Shown: one piece after another, positions 10,322-20,141 of the stretch
How positions within the stretch are numbered: position 1 is the stretch's first letter
Layout of the letters: every line of letters begins with the position of its first letter
NCBI GenBank assembly: GCA_004524535.1
Contig: SDNY01000001.1
Location: forward strand, 37,146 to 101,145
Length of the DNA stretch: 64,000 nucleotides
Origin: Promethearchaeota archaeon
GTDB lineage: Archaea > Asgardarchaeota > Lokiarchaeia > Sigyniarchaeales > SOKP01
Direction: 5' to 3'
Notes under the pieces: model-generated
Told to the model about the DNA's origin: nothing
What the model saw: the letters and a program-made list of their open reading frames with translations, nothing else
The model's database searches: none
Position numbers and translations under genes: made by a program

Positions 10322-11416
10322 TTAAAATTTCTTATCAACTTCTTCCTTTTCTGATTCAGTTAGTTGTCGCACTACTTTAGCGGGAGAACCAAAAGCAATT
10401 GAATATGGTGGAATATCCTCAGACACAACTGAATTAGATCCAATAATCGATCCTCGACCAATGGTAACACCAGGTAATACAAGTGAATAAGCACCAATTC
10501 TTGCATTTTCACACACTTTAATAGGTCCGAAACTGAAGCTTCCATGTTTTATATGCATTGCATTATGAGTTAATAGTTTTACACCAATCCCACATCCACT
10601 ACCATCTTCAAATTCAATTAATTCAGGTAAAAGTGGATCAGGTATAGCCTTTTGAGAAATATGGCAATTTCTTCCGATTTTCATCCCTAAAAATCGAAAT
10701 AATTTGTTTCTAGCACGTGGCCACCCAGCTAAATAGGTGACAAGTAAGGAGAATAAATGATTAAATGCACCCCTTACAAACCATGAAACAGAAAAACCCC
10801 TACTCTGTAGGTATTTTGCAATGATTAACATTGGGATAGGTGTGAAGAGATATTCATCAGTTTCAATATTAACATATGTTATTTTCCCCTTAACTTCAAT
10901 TTCAAATTTAGGTCTTTTATGCTTCCAAATTTTTTTCGCTTTGTTCAAATCCTTCAAAAAGATATAGAAATCCACTATTACTATGATTAGGATTAAACTC
11001 AATACAAAATTGATAGGTAAAAAGAGCAAACATAACATTAGCCTTGTATTAAGAGCTAGATTTTTATTAAATAATATACTAAAATGGGCATAATAAATTA
11101 CAAAGAAGGTAACTACTACAAATCCTAGCAAACTGGAGACATATATTCGTGAACCAAACAATTGCTTTGATTTTGCGATGTTATATCCTAAAACATAAAA
11201 TAGAAGAAAAACTGCATAAGCAATAATAACACCCCCATATATAAACATACTATATTCATAGAAAACAAATGATAACCCAAATACTATATAAATATAAATT
11301 TCATCCATCCATGTAATTGAAAAGAATATTCGATGTATTACAAGCAGAATAACAAATATAACGTTGGAGAGTAACAATAGAAATGAAATAATAAATCCTT
11401 TCTTCATATTTTCCAA
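10322..11416 (-). CDS. Membrane-anchored hexapeptide-repeat (left-handed beta-helix) acyl/acetyltransferase
   Basis: About 160 aa of TM helices, then a C-terminal LbH region (ARIGAYSLVLPGVTIGRGSIIGSNSVVSEDIPPYSIAFGSPAKVV). Confidence 0.7.
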   Translation of the reverse strand: MENMKKGFIISFLLLLSNVIFVILLVIHRIFFSITWMDEIYIYIVFGLSFVFYEYSMFIYGGVIIAYAVFLLFYVLGYNIAKSKQLFGSRIYVSSLLGFVVVTFFVIYYAHFSILFNKNLALNTRLMLCLLFLPINFVLSLILIIVIVDFYIFLKDLNKAKKIWKHKRPKFEIEVKGKITYVNIETDEYLFTPIPMLIIAKYLQSRGFSVSWFVRGAFNHLFSLLVTYLAGWPRARNKLFRFLGMKIGRNCHISQKAIPDPLLPELIEFEDGSGCGIGVKLLTHNAMHIKHGSFSFGPIKVCENARIGAYSLVLPGVTIGRGSIIGSNSVVSEDIPPYSIAFGSPAKVVRQLTESEKEEVDKKF

Positions 11417-11494
11417 TATCTGATGATCGATTTAAATATTTTGTAGAATAATAAGAAATCATCTTCTAATAATAAATATATTTTTCATTCTCAC

Positions 11495-12244
11495 ATGATT
11501 AAACCTAAAATATCGGTAATAATTCCAACATACAACGAGGAGAATAATATAAAAGAGACCTTATTAGCCGTTAAAAAACAATTATGTGATTTTCCATATG
11601 AGATTATAGTCACCGATGGACAAAGCTCAGATAAAACAGTTTCTATAGCACAAAATTTTGCAAAAGTAATTATATCACCCCAAAAAGGTAAGGCATTTCA
11701 ATTAAATTATGCAACACCAAAAACATCAGGTGACTTACTACTTTTTTTAGATGCAGATACATTTATAGGACCCTTTTTTTTACAAAGAATTTACCGAATT
11801 TTTGAGAAACACAAAAATCTTTTTGCTTGTAGTGCTAGATTTAAATATTACGATGGAATTGCTCTTGCTTTTAAATTAGGTTCCAAGAGGTTCACCATTA
11901 CGAATTATTTTTTTCTTAATATCAATATGCACTTATACTATTTTTTTAAAACCTTATTTGGATATCCTGAACTTTCAGGATCTAATATAATTGTGAGAAG
12001 AGATATCTTCTTTAAAGCGGGAGGATTTAAACAAACGCCAAGTTCATTGGGGATCGATAAAGTTTTTTCAGATTCTTTATTATATCTAATTAAAAAAATG
12101 AAAGCAGGAAAAGTTAGAACACTTAATTTTGTTTCAGTATTGACAAGCGGAAGACATTTAAATGTTCGTCGTAGTTTTAAACGTATTAGTCAATATCATT
12201 CAAAAAAAGATATTTATTATAAATTAGCAAAAGAAATAGGATAA
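11495..12244 (+). CDS. Family 2 glycosyltransferase
   Basis: ISVIIPTYNEENNI...IIVTDGQSSDKT...LFLDADT (GT-A fold, DxD). Confidence 0.8.
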   Translation: MIKPKISVIIPTYNEENNIKETLLAVKKQLCDFPYEIIVTDGQSSDKTVSIAQNFAKVIISPQKGKAFQLNYATPKTSGDLLLFLDADTFIGPFFLQRIYRIFEKHKNLFACSARFKYYDGIALAFKLGSKRFTITNYFFLNINMHLYYFFKTLFGYPELSGSNIIVRRDIFFKAGGFKQTPSSLGIDKVFSDSLLYLIKKMKAGKVRTLNFVSVLTSGRHLNVRRSFKRISQYHSKKDIYYKLAKEIG

Positions 12245-12287
12245 AATTATTAAAAGACCTTTTATCTTGATTATATTCTTATCATTT

Positions 12288-13478
12288 CTATAATTTAAAT
12301 GCACTTGAATTAAATAAAGAACTGCAACCTTTTCCAATTGAGGGGGTTAATCGTCCCATTATTCTAAAAATAGCACCTTCTCTACCGCATTCGGGACATT
12401 TATCCCAGTTTTCTACTTGAGCAAGATCATCTAATAATACAGCTACACCGGCATAATTATCTACTCCATAGGGTGTTATTAGTTCTAAAATTCCAGTCTC
12501 TCCTGTCTTTCTTATTGACTCTAAAGTATCTTTATCACGGATTACAATTCTACCTTTGTTTTTGTCAACATGGAGTATAAAATCGTTATATTTTTTTGAC
12601 CAATGACCTCCACATGCTAATGGACTTTCAGTAGCAGCAAAATTATCACAGAATTTGTCCGGCGTAATATTGAACATATCACACATTTTTTCAATAAATT
12701 CTGGTTTTTCAACCTGATATCCAATTATAACTCGACCTTTGGTTCCATCCCAACCTCCACCTCCAGTAATAATATTAAAATGACCACTCATATCGAAGGT
12801 TCTTTTTTCTTTTTCATAATAATCACTTAAGACTCTATGCATCCATATCGGAGAATTGGCCATAATTGTTGGAATTTTATTCTTCTCTACCCGATTGAGT
12901 TCTTTTTTTAAATCTTTACCACTAATCCCAATAGCAGCTCTCATTTTACCTGTTTTAAAAAAATTCTTGAGTGTATGACCCAAAAAGAATTGTAATAAAA
13001 AGCTAACATGCTTTCCCTCCCATATATCAACAACAGCCTTATACAAAAGATATGCGTTCTTTTCATAGAATTTGTGTCTTATTGAGTTAATCATATATAA
13101 TTTTGGGGCAAACAGAATTAAATTGTTGATTTTGTCTTTGATTGAAAATGAATTAAAAACATCATTATAATTTGTTTTTAAAACTTCAAGATCGCTTTCA
13201 AGTCTACCAACAACACTAGGATCTCCTGAAGTTGAGGAAGATTCCAACCAAAAGTCCAATTTTTCGAAAGTGTTCCCTCGTAATAATTCTTTAAATTTGT
13301 CATTAGATTTTTTGAAATACACCCACGGTATATATGGTATTTCACCAAGATTAGATTCATTTAAAATCGTATTGAAATCATATTCAACTTCATTACAACG
13401 GTCCTTATATATCTTACAATCCTTTGCAGTTTCCTTTACAATATTTGATAAATCTTCATAAAATCCGTTTGAACTCAT
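12288..13478 (-). CDS. LuxE/PaaK-like adenylate-forming enzyme, second copy
   Basis: SSSTSGDPS, GGGGWDGTKG, CPECGREGAIFRIMGRLTPSIGKGCSS. Collinear with 3208..4542. Confidence 0.6.
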   Translation of the reverse strand: MSSNGFYEDLSNIVKETAKDCKIYKDRCNEVEYDFNTILNESNLGEIPYIPWVYFKKSNDKFKELLRGNTFEKLDFWLESSSTSGDPSVVGRLESDLEVLKTNYNDVFNSFSIKDKINNLILFAPKLYMINSIRHKFYEKNAYLLYKAVVDIWEGKHVSFLLQFFLGHTLKNFFKTGKMRAAIGISGKDLKKELNRVEKNKIPTIMANSPIWMHRVLSDYYEKEKRTFDMSGHFNIITGGGGWDGTKGRVIIGYQVEKPEFIEKMCDMFNITPDKFCDNFAATESPLACGGHWSKKYNDFILHVDKNKGRIVIRDKDTLESIRKTGETGILELITPYGVDNYAGVAVLLDDLAQVENWDKCPECGREGAIFRIMGRLTPSIGKGCSSLFNSSAFKL

Positions 13479-13581
13479 TGAAATACCTCTTTTAATACAA
13501 AAATATACTTTATTAAGTGTATTTGTTATTTAATTTTTTGCTTGTTCTTAAATAAAATGTAGATTTTCTGAACTCACCATA

Positions 13582-14301
13582 TTAAACCTTGCTATGAATC
13601 CAGTCTAATATTTCTTCAACTTGCTTTCCCTCGAAACTATGTCCTCCATCTTTAATGAGTAAGTATCGATCCTTACTTAAATTGTATTTTTCTATTAATT
13701 TTTTTCCAGTTTTTTCGAATGGTACGTATACGTCCTTCATTCCATGAATAATGAATACCTTTTTTATGATCTCGTCATTTAAATGATATTTAGGCATGAG
13801 AAGTGTTTTTCCCTTCGTGACAAACCCTATAAATTTTTTGAACCAATAAGGTGCACTTAATTGTTCCTTAATTTTGCCTAAAATCCCTTTCCCTATTGAT
13901 ACTAAAGATTGGTTTTGTTTCTTTTTTCCTTCTTCCTCCAAAAAATCTTCAATTGAATACAATGAAGACATGGCAAAAACTAAATCAACTTTTGGATTTT
14001 GTATTCCAATTGTTAAGGATGCTACGGCACCCATACTATGACCAATTAAGATTACCCGATCTGGCCCTTTGTCTCTCTCCTCCATTTTGCTGATTGCTAC
14101 ATCAATTACATATTGAATATCACGGATTTGACTTTCAAGGTCTAATTGTGAACCTTTACTTTTACCAATCCCTCTCAGATCATAAGAAAATGTCGAATAT
14201 CCGTATTTTTCCTCTAACGGCTCACAATATTTTTCCGCATCGACAGTGTTGCCCCTTGATCCTGGAGCATAAATAATTAAATCTCTACCACAACCTGCCA
14301 T
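13582..14301 (-). CDS. Alpha/beta-fold hydrolase
   Basis: Nucleophile elbow GHSMGA, a late HGMKD and GGHSF. The frame stays open 63 nt (21 codons) upstream of the first ATG and encodes a typical FFKTKDGTLLHG strand. Confidence 0.75.
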   Translation of the reverse strand: MAGCGRDLIIYAPGSRGNTVDAEKYCEPLEEKYGYSTFSYDLRGIGKSKGSQLDLESQIRDIQYVIDVAISKMEERDKGPDRVILIGHSMGAVASLTIGIQNPKVDLVFAMSSLYSIEDFLEEEGKKKQNQSLVSIGKGILGKIKEQLSAPYWFKKFIGFVTKGKTLLMPKYHLNDEIIKKVFIIHGMKDVYVPFEKTGKKLIEKYNLSKDRYLLIKDGGHSFEGKQVEEILDWIHSKV

Positions 14302-14533
14302 CCGACCATGTAATAGGGTTCCATCTTTAGTTTTAAAAAAAATGTTATTTTCACCTAAATTCTTTCAATTCTATAAATTTTTAAAACTTTCTGATTTTTC
14401 AGCACTTTCAATTTATAGTGTTACACTTATTAATGATTTAGTCAAGATTAAAAAATTATTTAAGATTCCAAAAAAGAATGCATAATATCATTACATAAAA
14501 AATACTTTAAATACGAATAAGTTCATCAAAATA

Positions 14534-15571
14534 ATGAATGTAGCCATAGTTCGAGATTGGATTTTTCAAATATTCAGATTTATCATAAAAAGCAAATTCT
14601 TAAATGAAAATCCTATAAAATACGATATTCTTCGGAAATTATTGTCCTACAGGATTACTAAAACACCAATTTCAATAATGGTGGAACCTATATGCCAATG
14701 CAATTTGAAATGTCCATTATGTACGACGCCCCATAAATATATGACAAGAGAAAAAGGGATGATGAGAATGGAAACATTTCAAAAATTACTTGATGATACA
14801 TACAGATTTGTGTTGCATTATGATTTTGATTTTGCAGGAGAGCCATTTCTTCATCCTCAACTTTTCAAAATGGTTCGACTCGCTTCGGATCGAGGGGTCT
14901 TCACAATTGTTGATTCAAATGGGACTCTAATTAATGATAGAAGAATTAATGAAATATTAGATTCGCGTCTAAATGTGCTTGCTGTAAACATTGATAATGC
15001 TAATCAAAGAACTTTCGAAGAATTTCGATTAGGAGCAGATTTCAATAAAACCATAGAACAGATTAAAAGATTATGTGAGAGAAAAAAAGAAGAGAAATTA
15101 ACTTTTCCATTCATAATTGCAGAGATTATTGTTAGCCGAGAAAATGAAAGAGAACTTCAAATTATTAATAATTTGGCCTTGAATGAGATTGGAGTTGATG
15201 CTGTGTTCTATAAAAGCATCTGCTTTCCACTACATTCAGATGGTTTTAGAAGAGATAATCCCGTTCAAGAGTTGGTAGATAAATATCTTCCGATAATAGA
15301 AAAAGTAAAAAAACGTTATAATATTGTCAATGGGGAATTAAAACTCAAAAATCCAACGTTTGAATGTAATTGGCGGAAAAAATCTCTAGTCTTATGGGAT
15401 GGAAGAGTTTCAGTATGTTGTTACGATTATGATGGACAATATACTTTTGGAAACGTGAATGAAGACCACTTTCTTGATATTTGGAATTCCCCTAAATATC
15501 GATATTACCGAGAAAAACTAATTTATAATAAAAAGCTTGCACTATGTAGAAGGTGTGCTTATAGCTTTTAA
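14534..15571 (+). CDS. Radical SAM protein with a Cys-rich SPASM/twitch-like C-terminal domain
   Basis: CQCNLKCPLC (CxxxCxxC) and a GEPFLHP motif. C-terminal cysteines: CNW...VCCYDYDG...CRRCAY. Confidence 0.75.
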   Translation: MNVAIVRDWIFQIFRFIIKSKFLNENPIKYDILRKLLSYRITKTPISIMVEPICQCNLKCPLCTTPHKYMTREKGMMRMETFQKLLDDTYRFVLHYDFDFAGEPFLHPQLFKMVRLASDRGVFTIVDSNGTLINDRRINEILDSRLNVLAVNIDNANQRTFEEFRLGADFNKTIEQIKRLCERKKEEKLTFPFIIAEIIVSRENERELQIINNLALNEIGVDAVFYKSICFPLHSDGFRRDNPVQELVDKYLPIIEKVKKRYNIVNGELKLKNPTFECNWRKKSLVLWDGRVSVCCYDYDGQYTFGNVNEDHFLDIWNSPKYRYYREKLIYNKKLALCRRCAYSF

Positions 15572-15583
15572 ATAGGCTCTCAA

Positions 15584-17449
15584 TTAAATTTCCCATGTTT
15601 TAAAAAAGTTTGATATTGTATCACATGATAATTTTTGTGTATTATCGAGTTTTACTAATCCAAAACCTTTTTCTATATGGTCACTCCATTCATGAATAAT
15701 CAAACCATTAACAAAAATATCTTTTTTCAACAATTTAAAAACTTCAGCGAATCCGTTCGCTTGTGCTGATTCATCATATTTAAAACTGTTAAAATCTTCA
15801 TGATATTGCACTGGCATTGGCCCCACTCGAATCGTATTTGAGACCGTTTGAAATCCCAATTCGGAGATGATTACAGGTTTTTTAAAAGTCTTAAGATATT
15901 GAATGGTTTGTTTAAACGGTAAAGCTGCGCGGCTTGCGGGACTACCTTTTAATACTTTAAGTATTAGCTTTGGGACATCTTGAATAAACTCTACAAATAA
16001 ATCACTGAAATAAAGGTTGCAACAAATAACATCAAAATGCTTCCAAGGAACATGGCGAACTTCCCATGAGCCAGAAGCATATGAAACCATTCCACTAAAG
16101 TGATCCCTCACTTTTTTAGATAATTTTTCTAAATATCCTTTGATTCTATGTTCTTCTTTTCCAATTTTGCTCAATTTGGCAAGACGGGAGGTGCCTATGC
16201 CCGGAATCATTTCTAAAAATGATGGTGTAAATTGCCTAAAAAAGTCCTGATTAAATCGTTCTATATGACCTGATTTATCATCACTCAATTCTAAAGTGAG
16301 TTCATTTCCAATGCAAAAGATATCGACATCCGCCGTTTGCGCTCTCTGTGAATGATCCAAGCAAAAATCTTCGAATTCTTCAAATGTAAGTGAATGATCT
16401 AGCTTGGGTTTGTCAATTCCTTCAGGATAGACATATTTTGGATTTAATATGACATTAAGACCGAGTTCTTTTGCTACAGACGCAAACTCATATGATTGGG
16501 TTTTTGGCCCCATAGCATCAAGTCTAATAGTGTTAATGTTCATTGTTTGGATTAACTTTTGGAGTTCAGATTTAAATTCATATGGTGTTTTTGGATTCCA
16601 CCCCAAAGATTCGTGCTGAAAATGTATTCCTTTAAAGAGCCCATAAATACCCGCAAACGCATTAATCCTTTTTAATCCCTTTTTAAATAAGATATCAAAA
16701 AATCCTGGGAGCATATGAAAAGGTCTGGCACTCCAACCCATTAATTCTAAAATAGTGATCTTTTTCTGCTTCATTGCTCCTAATACTTCATCAATATCAT
16801 GAACATCGTCAATATCAGGACCAATTAAATTGAAATATCGACCGATTTGATAAACGCTATGAGCATCATCTGCTCCTAAAACGAACATTTGTGGTCTCAG
16901 TTTTATAAGGGCAGAACACATATTGTTAAGGAAGGGGGGTAAGTCAGCATGAAAAACTTCGATTCCATCAAAGTTTAAATTCTTTATTTGCGCTTTTTTC
17001 AATCCCCCGAAGGTTCTGAAAATTCCTTCTCCTGGGTGGAATGGGTGGGCAATAACTGATACTCCACCTTGATCGTGAATAATCTCATTAATTTGTGTGA
17101 TTGGGAGTTTTTCTCCCTCCTTGACTTTAATTTCAGATTGTAGTCCATATGCAAGTATATCACCATGTTGACTGTCAACTTCTTCACTAATTATATAGCC
17201 ACACTCGGGATATTTCTCTTGAATATAAGATTTTGCATGATTCGCTACTCGAATATTGTTATGATCCGTTAATGCTATAAGATTTACACCTACTTTAACA
17301 AGGGCATCAATTACATTGCGGTAGTCATCACCATCTGAAAAATTAGTATGATTATGTGATGCAAAAACGATATATCCCTCGTTTTTAAAGTGTTCCAGCT
17401 CTTTTTTAGAAACCCTCTTAACTTCAGGTAATATATTTTCAGAATCCAA
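15584..17449 (-). CDS. PHP-domain phosphoesterase fused to a clan GH-A-like TIM-barrel glycoside hydrolase domain
   Basis: N-terminal ASHNHTNFSDG...LTDHNNI...AHPFHP...GADDAH (PHP His/Asp ligands). The C-terminal half has IGNELT (acid/base-like NE) and IISELG (nucleophile-like E). Apparent TTG start. Confidence 0.55.
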   Translation of the reverse strand: MDSENILPEVKRVSKKELEHFKNEGYIVFASHNHTNFSDGDDYRNVIDALVKVGVNLIALTDHNNIRVANHAKSYIQEKYPECGYIISEEVDSQHGDILAYGLQSEIKVKEGEKLPITQINEIIHDQGGVSVIAHPFHPGEGIFRTFGGLKKAQIKNLNFDGIEVFHADLPPFLNNMCSALIKLRPQMFVLGADDAHSVYQIGRYFNLIGPDIDDVHDIDEVLGAMKQKKITILELMGWSARPFHMLPGFFDILFKKGLKRINAFAGIYGLFKGIHFQHESLGWNPKTPYEFKSELQKLIQTMNINTIRLDAMGPKTQSYEFASVAKELGLNVILNPKYVYPEGIDKPKLDHSLTFEEFEDFCLDHSQRAQTADVDIFCIGNELTLELSDDKSGHIERFNQDFFRQFTPSFLEMIPGIGTSRLAKLSKIGKEEHRIKGYLEKLSKKVRDHFSGMVSYASGSWEVRHVPWKHFDVICCNLYFSDLFVEFIQDVPKLILKVLKGSPASRAALPFKQTIQYLKTFKKPVIISELGFQTVSNTIRVGPMPVQYHEDFNSFKYDESAQANGFAEVFKLLKKDIFVNGLIIHEWSDHIEKGFGLVKLDNTQKLSCDTISNFFKTWEI

Positions 17450-17660
17450 TTTTTATCTAACCTTATATTGATTAAAATAGATCCATCTTTAGCTTGTATT
17501 TACACTAAACAAATTTATTTAGAGCTAATACATAGAAGCAAGATTTCTCATTAAATTATTAGATTATATAATTAAAAGTGTGTTTTAAGTGATTCTTTTA
17601 ATAAAACTTAATAAAAATGAAAATAGTTTAATTTATATCTTAAATACGGCTGCTATAGTA

Positions 17661-18413
17661 ATGAAGATTGCTCTGACTTTTGATATTGAAAGAGATATTC
17701 CCAACGTTTTAGATATGTATATCGGAGCAAAAGTTGGATTGTTGAAAATACTAGAAATATTAGAAAAATTCACAATTAAAGGGACTTTTTTTTGTACTGG
17801 AAATGTAGTTGAGAAAATACCTGAGTATATAAAATTAATAGAGCGAAAAGGTCATGAAATTGCATGTCATAGCTTTAACCATGAAAGATTAAACCATTTA
17901 AATTTTAAAAAGTGTCAAGAAATAATTTATCAGAATAAAAAGATAATTGAGAGTATCTGTCAAAAATCAAAAATTGTTGGTTTTCGAGCCCCTCATTTAA
18001 AACCTCCAAAATTTCTATTCAAAGTATTAAATAATTTAGGATTCAAATATGATTCTTCAATTAAAACCCCAAAGAAATTGATTTATTTCCAAAAAGAAAA
18101 ATATCAAATTCAAGAATTTCATCCTTCAAATCTGAACATTCTTTTTAGATTACCTATGGGTTCTTCTTTTTTAAGAAAATGGACATATCGAAATGAATTA
18201 GTTGTATTATGTTTTCATCCATGGGAAGCAATAGATGTAAAATCTTTATTTTTTAATAATAAAAACTTATTGGATATCATTAAAAATATTATTTTTAGAC
18301 CAGATCGGGTAGGAAATACAGGAGATGTGTTTATTAGCAGAATTGAAAACTTTATAGAGGAATCTCTATCCAAAGAAGCCGAATTTGTTAGTTTAAACCA
18401 ATTATTAATGTAA
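17661..18413 (+). CDS. Polysaccharide deacetylase (NodB/CE4-like)
   Basis: MKIALTFDIERD, GTFFCTG and HEIACHSFNHERL (H-x4-H-like metal site). I chose the ATG at 17661; the ORF track begins at a GTG at 17589. Confidence 0.65.
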   Translation: MKIALTFDIERDIPNVLDMYIGAKVGLLKILEILEKFTIKGTFFCTGNVVEKIPEYIKLIERKGHEIACHSFNHERLNHLNFKKCQEIIYQNKKIIESICQKSKIVGFRAPHLKPPKFLFKVLNNLGFKYDSSIKTPKKLIYFQKEKYQIQEFHPSNLNILFRLPMGSSFLRKWTYRNELVVLCFHPWEAIDVKSLFFNNKNLLDIIKNIIFRPDRVGNTGDVFISRIENFIEESLSKEAEFVSLNQLLM

Positions 18414-18441
18414 AGAGTTTGATTAATTAATTTTAATTTTT

Positions 18442-19902
18442 TTAATCAGTAAATCTCCCAAAACCAGACATTTTAAGATGTCTAAACTGCATAATCGCTG
18501 TCATTGCTTTTTTCGTATGTACAAGAAAATTTAGAGCAAGTTTTCGTTTGTATGGGCTTAGTAGCATGCTAGGAAGAAATCTTATATTTCTGAACGATAT
18601 ATGTTGCCTATATGCTTGTCTTATCAAACCTAGTATGATATTTCTCTGTGATTCCGTGTGAGTTAAATCCATAACTCTTATAGAATTTTCCCAGTATTTA
18701 TTTTCATCAATAAGCCCTTGTCCAACTAAGTCATCCCACATTGGGATTCCAGGCCAAGCCTCAACAACATTCAGAAAGAAAAAATCCAATCCTGAATTCA
18801 AAGCAAATCTAATAGTGTTTTGACACTCGGATATTTTTTCAGATGGAGCACCTACCATAAATAAACCAATAACAAAATCAATTTTTGCCTTTTTTGCTAT
18901 TTGAATAGCTCTAAGTGATTGGTTAGGTGATATCTTTTTATTATAATAATCTAGAATTCTTTGGTTAGCACTCTCGATTCCAAAACTAACAGATTTACAA
19001 CCAGAAAATGCCATTTGTTCAAAAAATTCCCTTGAAACATTATCTACTCTCATTTCAGCATGCCAATTAACATCTAGATTTTCTTTTCTTAATAATCTAC
19101 AAAATTTTAACACATTCTTAAGATTCAACGAGAAATTATCATCTACAAATGCTATCTCCGAATAACCTTGTGAAGCTAAATAAGAGAATTCCTCAACCAA
19201 ACGCTCAGGAGACTTGGATCGGTATCTATTGTTTGAGAATTTAGCAACAGCGCAATACGCACAACCATAAGGACAGCCTCGGGTAAAAAAAGTTGTGGCA
19301 AGTTTTGAGTCCATCAATTCTATACCAGCTAAATTCTGATGATATTGTATTTTAAGAAGTGAACGATCTGGAAAAGGTAAATCATCTAAATTTTTATTTA
19401 CTGGACAATTTTGATTATGTTTAATTTTACCATTAACCCGATAACTTATCCCCAATATATCAGTAGGTTCATGCTTGGGTTCATTTTCAAGAAAATTAAT
19501 TAAATTAGATAAAATATATTCATTTTCCCCTTTTACACAGTAATCTACAATGTGAGAATACTTTTCTAAAATTTTGTCAGCACATATTGTTGGATGATAA
19601 TGTCCTAAAATAATTTTAATATTTGGATTCCATCTTTTAACCATCTCAGATATTTTAATTGAAGATAAAAATCCAACAGTAAAGGCAGTAATTCCAATAA
19701 CTTCGGGATCAAATCTTTTTATCCAATTTAAAAGGGCTTCAAAACTGAACCCATTAGATGCCTGATCCAATAATCTAACTATATGGCCTTGTTCTTTTAA
19801 AATTGTCCCTATTAATGTAATCCCTAATGGTGGCCATTTTTGTCCATAAAATTGTTCTTTTTCCTCTAAAATTGGACTAGGATTGATTAGAGCTACTCTC
19901 AA
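18442..19902 (-). CDS. Cobalamin-binding (class B) radical SAM protein
   Basis: PPLGITLIGTILKEQGHIVRLLD, then FTRGCPYGCAYCAV. The TTG start is supported by MRVALINPS homology to the 4.6-9.1 kb trio. Confidence 0.85.
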   Translation of the reverse strand: MRVALINPSPILEEKEQFYGQKWPPLGITLIGTILKEQGHIVRLLDQASNGFSFEALLNWIKRFDPEVIGITAFTVGFLSSIKISEMVKRWNPNIKIILGHYHPTICADKILEKYSHIVDYCVKGENEYILSNLINFLENEPKHEPTDILGISYRVNGKIKHNQNCPVNKNLDDLPFPDRSLLKIQYHQNLAGIELMDSKLATTFFTRGCPYGCAYCAVAKFSNNRYRSKSPERLVEEFSYLASQGYSEIAFVDDNFSLNLKNVLKFCRLLRKENLDVNWHAEMRVDNVSREFFEQMAFSGCKSVSFGIESANQRILDYYNKKISPNQSLRAIQIAKKAKIDFVIGLFMVGAPSEKISECQNTIRFALNSGLDFFFLNVVEAWPGIPMWDDLVGQGLIDENKYWENSIRVMDLTHTESQRNIILGLIRQAYRQHISFRNIRFLPSMLLSPYKRKLALNFLVHTKKAMTAIMQFRHLKMSGFGRFTD

Positions 19903-20141
19903 GTTATTTAGTCTCTAGAATTAATTCTTTGTTAACATTGTATTTTAATATGATGTAAAGATATTAATAACTTTTTTTCCTTGATTTTAAATCATAATTA
20001 GAAATAAGTGATCAGATAATGAAAAAACTTTTAATATAAGTTCAATCAACAATATATATTGAATTATTTTAATAAATAATACAAAAATCCAATTATTAAG
20101 AAATCAAAAGGAGGAAGATTGAGTTAAGTGAATTATCATCA

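Noticed and set aside
17589-17660. GTG-initiated N-terminal extension of the CE4 deacetylase given by the ORF track
   Set aside because: The extension (MILLIKLNKNENSLIYILNTAAIV) looks like translated AT-rich leader sequence. The conserved domain begins right at the ATG at 17661 (MKIALTFD).
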